From the NCBI RefSeq assembly GCF_001194135.2, contig NC_068994.1:19025670-19087194 (forward strand): DNA of 61,525 nucleotides. The letters are read 5' to 3'. The notes beneath the pieces were generated by a model. The model searched no databases, was not told the origin of the DNA, and saw only the letters and a program-made list of their open reading frames with translations. Both the position numbers and the translations under genes were made by a program. This document shows, in pieces, positions 52,390 through 61,525 of this stretch (position 1 is the first letter of the stretch; each line of letters starts with the position of its first letter). Source of the DNA: Octopus bimaculoides. Taxonomy: Eukaryota.

Positions 52390-54190
52390 TGCCATGGAAG
52401 GTTGAATTTTAGTGAGAAGGACAGGGGAAGAGTTTGGAGAGAGTATATGGAGGGAATTATGAATGAGAAGAATGAATGGGATCAGAGGGTGGAAGTTGCT
52501 GTAGTGGAGAGAGTTAGTCAGGAAAAATTAGTAGGGGCAATGAAGGAGATGAAAACAGGAAAGGCAGCTGGACCATCAGAAGTAAGTGTGGAAATGATAA
52601 CTGCAAGTGGAGAGATAGGGATTGTTGTGATGATGGAGCTTTGCCAGGAGTGAGCTGGATGGAAGAGGAATGCCAGATTATCGAGCACTAAATGTGGTGG
52701 TACTGATCTTTAAGGGAAAGGGGGATGCAATGTGTTGTGGGGCATATAGGGGAGTGAAGTTATTAGAGCATGCAATGAAGATTGTGGAAAGGGTGTTGAA
52801 GGGGAGAATTCGGAAAATGGTGGATGTGGATGAGATGCAATTTGGTTTTATGCCAGGAAAGGGGATAATAGATGCAGTGTTCATTGTAAGGAGATTGCAG
52901 GAGGAATACCGAGATAAGGAGAAGGTGTTGTACATGTGCTTCATTGATCTGGAAAAGGCATTTGATAGGGTTCCAAGGAAGGTGATTGAGTGGGTATTGA
53001 GGAAGAGAGGTGTGCTAGAGATAATAGTGAGGGCAGTGATGAGTTTGTATGAAGGGGTAAAGACAAGAGTTAGAATTGGATCGGAGCTGTCAGAGGAGTT
53101 TGCAGTAAAAGTTGGTGTGCATCAGAGATCTGTGTTATCACCATTGTTGTTTGCAATAGTGGTTGATGTGGTGACAGAGAGTGCAAGAGAGGGATTGATA
53201 ATGGAGATACTGTATGCGGATGACCTTGTTCTAATGAGTGAGACAATGGAGGGATTAAAGAAGACATTTCAGAAATGAAAGGAGGCGTTTGAAAGCAAGA
53301 GTTTGAAGGTAAACCTCAGAAAGACAAAGGTGATGGTGAGCAGGGTGGAAAGAGAAATGTTAGTGAGTAAGGTAGGACTATGTGGTGTGTGTGGGAGGAG
53401 GGTAATGGCAAATGCGGTGTTGTGCATGAAATGTGGGAAATGGATTCATGGTAGATGTACGAAAATGAAGGTGATCCTGAAACTGGCAAGAGAGTTTGTT
53501 TGTAGAAGATGTGAGAAAGGAACTGGAGGACTGGCGGAACCAGTGGAAATGGTGAGAGGGTTTTGCTATTTGGGAGGTAGGGTGGATGTAAGTGATGGAT
53601 GTGAAGCAGCTGTGACAGTAAGAGTGAGATTTGGCTGGGTGAAGTTCAGGGAATGTAGAGCGTTATTAAATGGGAAAAGGTTCTCCTTGAAGATGAAAGG
53701 AAGGGTTTATCAGAGTTGCATGAGATCTGCAATCCTGTATGGGAGTGAGACATGGTGTCTGAGGGAAAGCAAAATGGCAATTATGAGAAGGACCGAGAGA
53801 GCAACAGTGAGAGAAATGTGTGGTGTGAAACTATTGGATAAAAGGAGGACTGAGGACTTGATAGGGATGCTGGTGTTGGAGGAATTAGTGGAACAGCTGG
53901 CAAGGGCAAATGGAGTGCGGTGGTACGGATATGTTTTGAGGAGGAATGAGGATCATGTTCTGAGGAGAGTGCTTGAGTTTAAAGAAAATGAACTGCGAAA
54001 GCAAGGTCGACCATAGAAAACGTGGAGGGGATTGGTGGAGGGGGAGATTGGGAGGGTTGGTTAGAGGAGGGATGATGCTCAAAACTGGGCGAGATGGTGC
54101 GAGAGCGGTTGCTGTAAGAGTGAGGTAGACCCCCCCACCACCATTAACGGGGACAAACCCAGATTTTAAACATTGGAATTCATCATCGTC
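52390..54190 (+). mobile_element. 5'-truncated degenerate RTE LINE, second family
   Basis: MKTGKAAGPS, QFGFMPGKG, FIDLEKAFDRV, VGVHQRSVLSP, ILYADDL, LYGSETW, VRWYGYVLRR, GRP; stops at 52653, 53278 and 54016. Confidence 0.93.
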
Positions 54191-54709
54191 AATGGCATAG
54201 AAGTAAACAGGATGAATGGATGGAGCCATGTGTGCATGTATGTGTGTGAGTGTTCATGTGTGTGTATGTGTGTGTGTGTGTGTGTGTGTGTATACGTGAG
54301 TATTTAACAAAAGATGTCATGACAATCCCATATGCATTTTTTATAAATTAAATGTATATATTTTATTTAAAAGATATTGAAATCAATTTTACATTACTGC
54401 AGTATTTCTTTTTTTATACAAATATGAACTGACAATGTTTTATACATATTTTCTCAAAACAAAAGAGTGTGTTTGAATGAGTGCATGTGTGTGTGTAAAT
54501 GTATATGCATATTTACAATTACAGTTGCAAACAAGAAAAAGAGATTCAATGCATGTGGTAGGGTTTATTTAACTGTATAAATCCTGAATCAGGAATCTTG
54601 TTAAGAAGTGAATCATCAATTTTATACAGTAAACAAACATATATCTATCTATGTATTCATGTGTACATACACATAGCTATAACTCTCTCTCTATATATAA
54701 ATATTGGAA

Positions 54710-54934
54710 ATGTGCTGTGCGTGAGAAGACCCGGCAAGCCAAGTGAGATCGTTGCCAGTGCCCCTGGACTGGCTCTTGTGCGGGTGGCACATAAGATGTA
54801 CCATCCTGAGCATGACCGTTGCCAGTACCGCCTGACTGGCCTTGTAGGGTTTTCGAGCGAGATCGTTGCCAGTGCCCCTGGACTGGCTCTTGTGCGGGTG
54901 GCACATAAAAGACACCATTTCGAGCGTGGCCGTT
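54710..54934 (+). mobile_element. RTE ORF end plus start of the 3' UTR minisatellite, running into a gap
   Basis: 'gctgtgcgtgagaagacccggcaagccaagtga' (AVREKTRQAK*), then repeated gagatcgttgccagtgcccctggactggctcttgtgcgggtggcac units. Confidence 0.8.
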
Positions 54935-55538
54935 TNNNNNNNNNNNNNNNNNNNNNNNNNNNNNNNNNNNNNNNNNNNNNNNNNNNNNNNNNNNNNNNNN
55001 NNNNNNNNNNNNNNNNNNNNNNNNNNNNNNNNNNNNNNNNNNNNNNNNNNNNNNNNNNNNNNNNNNNNNNNNNNNNNNNNNNNNNNNNNNNNNNNNNNNN
55101 NNNNNNNNNNNNNNNNNNNNNNNNNNNNNNNNNNNNNNNNNNNNNNNNNNNNNNNNNNNNNNNNNNNNNNNNNNNNNNNNNNNNNNNNNNNNNNNNNNNN
55201 NNNNNNNNNNNNNNNNNNNNNNNNNNNNNNNNNNNNNNNNNNNNNNNNNNNNNNNNNNNNNNNNNNNNNNNNNNNNNNNNNNNNNNNNNNNNNNNNNNNN
55301 NNNNNNNNNNNNNNNNNNNNNNNNNNNNNNNNNNNNNNNNNNNNNNGATAATTATGTGATGTTTAGAAATAATTAAATGCTTACAAACTGTATGATTTGT
55401 AAACATCTGATCACTAAAGTACGAAACAATTACACGGAAAGTCATTCTTATTTACGTTTTTTATCATTTTTTATCATACATGTATATATGCACGCATACA
55501 TGTGTGTGCATGTGTTTGTGTGTGTGTGTGTGCGCGTG

Positions 55539-55589
<51 letters not shown>

Positions 55590-57915
55590 ATGTGAGAAAT
55601 CATAATAGACACAAGTTGGTTGGTTGGAACCTTTGCATTGGATTTTCTAAATGCAATAGGATGCTTAACCACAATGGATCACCAAGGGAACACTTCATTG
55701 CAGTATGTTACAGGGACCTATAAGAATAATTCACCCACAGAAGTGGGTAAATAATATAAAGGTTAACAACTTCCAGCCCTCTATATAATTCGATTCTTGA
55801 CCTTTATTTGAAAAGGACCAGTACTCTACAACATTTTGAATTATACACTCTCGGAGTGGTTGGCATTAGGAAGGGCATCCAGCTGTAGAAACTCTGCCAA
55901 ATCAGATTGGAGCCTAGTGTAGCCATCTGGTTTCACCAGTCCTTAGTCAAATCGTCCAACCCATGCTAGCATGGAAAGCGGACGTTAAACAATGATGATG
56001 ATGATGATGAAGATTATGTTTTTCAAATGCAGTAATGCCATTAGAACAGTAGAAATAATTCATAAACTACCCTTAAAGGCAGAAAAAGTTGTCATCAAAC
56101 AGCCATTGGACTTGAACTCACATCCTCCAAGATTCCAGCTGAGTGCTTTACCATTAAGGTAAACTGTCTGCTGACAATTTCATCTGCTGATTTAGATGCT
56201 AAATAGCTTATTGAAAATTAGTCAGGTCAAAAAAATTGTTACAATAAAGTATATGTTAAAAAATGGGAGAGTAATGCATAGGTGCAACTTCCAAGCAGTG
56301 TAGGGCCTTTTTTTTTTTTATTATATTTAAAGGATATAAATGAGAGAAATTTATTTCTGTAAACTATGTCAAAACCGTTGCAGAAGAAATAGATTATGTG
56401 GCAAAAATGGCCCTAAATCTGTCTTTAAGCCATCATTTTTTTTTTCTAGGAACAAGCAGGAGAATGTTTCCACTAAAACATAAAACGTATAGAAAAATAG
56501 ATACCCAGGTTGGTGGAACATAGATATGATGATAGGCAATTGTTTGGATCAAATAAGAGACTGGAACAGAAGTGATTATGTTCAACAATCCAAGAAAAGA
56601 AAGCTGCTTTCTTGAGAACATCAAACTTGTTGAACCAGTCTTGTTCTAATGTTTATTTTACATCTTCAGATGTTCAATTAACACAAAATGGATGGTGCAG
56701 TTGCTAGGTAATGTATTTATTTCTACTATATAGCACTGTTTACTATCACATGTGTCATTTCAATGATAATTCGCATGTGCCATTGCTTTTGTTTTTCTTT
56801 TGTAATTTGATGGTGTAAGAATGGCTAGAGTAGCAAAATAAAGTATGCCAATTTTTAGTAAATGTAAAAGCTTTTTTTTTTTTCATAAAGTACCTCTAAT
56901 GCATGGTGTGTGGTTAAAAAACTTGCTCCGCAACAACATGGTTTCAGGTTCAGTCCCATCATATGGCACCTTGGGCCAGTATCTTTAACTATAGCCCAAG
57001 GCCAATCAATGCTTTGTAAGTGAATAAAGTAAACTGTCTTGAAGCCCATCTTATATGTGTGTGTGTGTGTGTGTGACAGAGAGAGAGAGAGAGTGTTTGT
57101 GTTTGTGTGTGTGTGTGTGTGTGTGTGCATTTGTGTGTGTTTATTGAACACACATACTGAATGTATGTGCTTTGCTAGTTCACCGATAGGCTGCAATTTA
57201 GTATGGTAGAGATGGATCCCTCAAAGCATTGGGTATTAAAACACCTGAAAGTCATGGATGTGTGTGTATGCATGTGTGTGCGTGCGTGTGTGTGTGTGGG
57301 GGGGTAAAGAAGCTTGAAGCTTGCTTCCCAACAATGTGGTCTTAGGCTCAGTCCCTTGGGTGGCACCTTGGGTAAGTGTCTTCTGTTATAGTCTTAAGCC
57401 GATCAAAGCCTTATGACCAGATCTGGTAGATGGAGACTGAAAGCATATATATATATATATATATGTGTGTGTATGTATAAGTGTGTATGTACATGTGTGT
57501 GTGTGTGTGTGTTTGCATGTATCCTTGTCTTGACATGATGTGATGGCTACAAACTGCAACTGGCGTTTGTCGATATTTCCTGTCAACAAATCATCCACTG
57601 GCTCAGTACATTTGAATTCCTCTGGACTAAATAAATCCCTTACTTGAAAAATAGGTAAGGGTTGGCAACAGGAAGAGTACCCAGCTGTGAAAATCCTGCC
57701 TCAAATACTTCCCTCATCTAAGCCACGCAAACATGTAAAAAGAGATGTTAAACAAATGACCAACAGAATTTTAAACAATTTTAAAATGTATGCTCATTTT
57801 ATATAAAATGAACAGACATTTTAAAATAAATTGTTTATATTTCAGTAACTATTTTATATTAGAGAGCGAGAGAAAGAAGGATATAATTTTTAAGGAAAAG
57901 AAAAATACCCCATAC

Positions 57916-58041
57916 CTTAAAATATTTGCTTACCAACTCTGGGTTGGAGCTGTTCAATTTCAGGAAAGCTACTCTATTTTTAACCCGACCTACAATCATA
58001 GGTAATTCTTTGAGTTCTGAGCTACTGGCTATAATTAACAC
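57916..58041 (-). CDS. alpha-catenin-like gene, exon 2 (VLIIASSSELKEL...PELVSKYFK)
   Basis: ttttctttttacAG acceptor, AAG|GTATGG donor, 126 nt, phase 0-0. A second in-frame donor lies at 57934. Confidence 0.78.
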
Positions 58042-58980
58042 CTGTAAAAAGAAAAATAAATAAATGAATATATCATATTACTATCTTTAGATATCAAGGT
58101 TAATAGAGTAATCAGTGCAGGCATGGCTATATGGTAAGAAGTTTGTTTTTGAACCACATATTCCAGGTTCAGTCCTACTACATGGCACATGGGGCAAGTG
58201 TTTTATACTATAGCTTCAGTGAGTGGATTTGGGAGATGGAAACTGAAAGAAGCCCATCATATATATATCATTTTATGTTGACAGCATGGAATTTGACTGC
58301 TACTTCTGGCCAGTCAAATGATCATGTAAACTTTGACTCCCTTGTTCACATGTGGTCTCTTCATTGGTTTGTGGTTCCATATTGACTCAACGATCGTGAC
58401 CCAATTCCTGGCTGCATGCTGTGTCCTTGAGCGAGACACTTTGTTTCATATTTCTCCAGTCTACTCAGTTGGCAAAAATAAGTTGTACCTATATTTCAAA
58501 GAGGCCAACCTTGTCACTCTGTGTCACGCTGAATCTCCTTGAAAATTACATTAAGGGTATGTGTGTCTGTGGTGTGCTCAGCCACTTGCACGTTAATTTC
58601 ATGAGCAGGCTGTTCCACTGATTGGATCAACTGGAACCCTCATCGTTATAACTGACGGAGTACCAGTTAGTTATTGACTCAACATTACTCTGATATTCCA
58701 CCAAGATACACACCTGAGCTATAACACTTTAATACACTCCCAACAACTATCATTGACACAATACATCTTAGTACAAAAATAATACAGATAACACAAGAGG
58801 TCTCACAACTAAATTCTCTTCATACCTTAAATAATCCACACTAACACATCTAGAAAACTCAATGTGGTCTGTGGTTACTCAATTTGCAACAAAGAACAGC
58901 CTATCTCCCTACCATTTTAAAAAGGAGCTGTTAGAAAATGAAGTCCTTAAATGTACAAACAAAAATGCATAGATGTATAC

Positions 58981-59136
58981 CTGAAATGTCTGTTGCAGAA
59001 CTTCTTTGGAAGCATTAATTAACTGTTTGCACATGCCACTGCTTGCATCATGCTCCAGTTGATTCATAGTTCTATAAATTCCATTACTGGCATCCTGCAA
59101 TTGTTCACAGGCTTGGGACATTTGAGCTTTCAGTGA
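58981..59136 (-). CDS. alpha-catenin/vinculin-superfamily gene, first visible exon (SLKAQMSQACEQL...EVLQQTFQ)
   Basis: Pyrimidine tract then aacAG acceptor, GTATAC donor, 156 nt, phase 0-0. Resembles the alpha-catenin N1 segment 'AVEDVRKQGDLMK...NMVRAARALLSAVTRLLILAD'. Confidence 0.8.
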
Positions 59137-59256
59137 CTGTTAAGAGAAAACCAAACAAGACATTCGATAAAAATAATGTTATTTAAGTCAGCTTATTTTT
59201 TAAAATCATGCTTTAAACTATTAAGTTAATTTTTCTCACTTGTTTTACACTACTCT

Positions 59257-60480
59257 TTAATTCTTTAGCATTTAAATTGGTCATATCTGGCCAAAATATT
59301 CTATCTGTTTTATGTTCAAACTGCTCAGATCTAACCTCTCACACCTATTCTACAATGTCACTCTGAAAATACACAATCACTTCATCAAAATCTCAATGCC
59401 ACACATTCATCATCATCATCATCATCGTTTAACGTCCGCTTTCCATGCTAGCATGGGTTGGACGATTTGACTGAGGACTGGTGAAACCGGATGGCAACAC
59501 CAGGCTCCAGTCTGATTTGGCAGAGTTTCTACAGCTGGATGCCCTTCCTAACGCCAACCACTCAGAGAGTGTAGTGGGTGCTTTTACGTGTCACCCGCAC
59601 GAAAACGGCCACGCTCGAAATGGTGTCTTTTATGTGCCACCCGCACAAGCCAGTCCAGGGGCACTGGCAACGATCTCGCTCGAAAATCCTACAGGAGCCA
59701 GTCAGGCGGTNNNNNNNNNNNNNNNNNNNNNNNNNNNNNNNNNNNNNNNNNNNNNNNNNNNNNNNNNNNNNNNNNNNNNNNNNNNNNNNNNNNNNNNNNN
59801 NNNNNNNNNNNNNNNNNNNNNNNNNNNNNNNNNNNNNNNNNNNNNNNNNNNNNNNNNNNNNNNNNNNNNNNNNNNNNNNNNNNNNNNNNNNNNNNNNNNN
59901 NNNNNNNNNNNNNNNNNNNNNNNNNNNNNNNNNNNNNNNNNNNNNNNNNNNNNNNNNNNNNNNNNNNNNNNNNNNNNNNNNNNNNNNNNNNNNNNNNNNN
60001 NNNNNNNNNNNNNNNNNNNNNNNNNNNNNNNNNNNNNNNNNNNNNNNNNNNNNNNNNNNNNNNNNNNNNNNNNNNNNNNNNNNNNNNNNNNNNNNNNNNN
60101 NNNNNNNNNNNNNNNNNNNNNNNNNNNNNNNNNNNNNNNNNNNNNNNNNNNNNNNNNNNNNNNNNNNNNNNNNNNNNNNNNNNNNNNNNNNNNNNNNNNN
60201 NNNNNNNNNNNNNNNNNNNNNNNNNNNNNNNNNNNNNNNNNNNNNNNNNNNNNNNNNNNNNNNNNNNNNNNNNNNNNNNNNNNNNNNNNNNNNNNNNNNN
60301 NNNNNNNNNNNNNNNNNNNNNNNNNNNNNNNNNNNNNNNNNNNNNNNNNNNNNNNNNNNNNNNNNNNNNNNNNNNNNNNNNNNNNNNNNNNNNNNNTCTG
60401 CCTTTTACTCTGATAAATTCAAAACAATGTGAATGAATAAGCATTACATTTGACAGAGTAATCTGAATGATAAAGGGTTA
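59257..60480. mobile_element. piggyBac-type MITE, copy 5, split by an RTE 3'-end insertion (59401 to ~60397, mostly gap)
   Basis: Left half at 59257-59398; right half resumes 'aattcaaaacaatgtgaat...aatgataaagggtta' at 60417-60480. Confidence 0.75.
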
Positions 60481-61319
60481 CGCTGTACAATTTAATAACA
60501 CTTTACTATCTCACAATGCTGAGTTACCCAAGAAACTCCAAATGAAAATGATGTGGTGACATGGGACTTCCATAACTATTGATTGCAAGAAGTTGAACAA
60601 CTGACTATTTCCCACCTCTGATGAAAAAAAAAAAAAAATGAAAGTCTAATTTCTTGCATACACACTGTGTTTTTGTATCTATAGGAGAATGGAAATGAAA
60701 CTGTGGCATTCACACTTGATTGAAAATTTATTAGCAACATATGTAGAGTGAAATAGCAACAACTGGGAATCAAACTAGATCTCAGGCACAACACATTGAG
60801 AATCTATTTCTGCTTTGATGCAATCCCCATGGGATAAATAAAATATCAAATCAGTTATAAATATATTAAAAGTGAATTGATAACTGAATTATTAAATGAT
60901 ATGGTAAGTATATTTCATATGCCAGCAAGGAAAAGTAGACATTAATGTAATAATGATGATAATGGAGAATAATGTAAACAGCAACAAAAAATCTATATCT
61001 AATGATGACAGATCTCAATAAATTCCATCATGTATAATGACAAAGTTGAAGGTGTGGCTTCCCATCCACATGGTTTCAGGTTCATCCCCACTGCATGGCA
61101 TTTGGGGCAAGTGTCTACCACTATAGCCCTGGGGTGACAAAAGCTTGTGAGTGGAATTTAACAGATGGAAACTACGGGTTCAGATGTGTTCACGTTCGCA
61201 AACATACTTATTTTTGGTTTAGATAATTTCATTGTTTATTTCTCCTATAGCAGAACTTTGTTATGATCGGGTATTAAGGTCTGGGTTTTAGTATTTTTAG
61301 TTCTGCTATTGCTCTATTT

Positions 61320-61486
61320 ACTTATTCGTACATCTGTTCATATACATGTGCAAGTGTATATACATATGCATAGGTATACGTGGAAAAATGTGTGTATATA
61401 TGTGTATGTATGTGTGTGTATATATGTATATGGGTATGTATGTGTATGTGTGTATGTATGTATATGTGTATATATACTTATATGTA

Positions 61487-61525
<39 letters not shown>
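61320..61525. repeat. Compound (TA)n/(TG)n microsatellite
   Basis: Direct inspection. Confidence 0.9.

Noticed and set aside
54745-54934. Palindrome-containing tandem units (also 13280-13490, 8740-9130, 59590-59710) that look CRISPR-like
   Set aside because: The 'spacers' are themselves repeated, the units lie in an RTE 3' UTR, the DNA is eukaryotic and there are no cas genes.

Overview
AT-rich, intron-rich metazoan genomic DNA with several N gaps. The SINE/RTE repertoire and the microsatellite load point to an octopus (coleoid cephalopod); this is an inference. The only host gene I can support is on the minus strand: 11 GT-AG exons from 59136 to 30324 that splice in consistent phase into a 725-aa open frame. 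It aligns by eye with the N, M1-M3 helical bundles of the alpha-catenin/alpha-catulin/vinculin superfamily. The 5' end is outside the window or in a gap. The frame ends in a Ser/Cys/Asn/His-rich tail and a TAG, with no recognisable actin-binding domain. The rest is repeat: nested DNA transposons (mariner in Tigger/pogo; Merlin/IS1595-like in mariner), a maT/Tc1-like relic, RTE LINEs whose 3' UTR holds a hairpin minisatellite, R4/Dong-type RLE LINE fragments, Penelope-like RT relics, at least three tRNA-derived SINE families, several MITE families (including a TTAA piggyBac-type and a TTAGGG-containing foldback), an unexplained ~160-bp hairpin and many microsatellites. I found no CRISPR, rRNA or intact tRNA. 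Family assignments come from remembered motifs, not database searches, and repeat boundaries are approximate.
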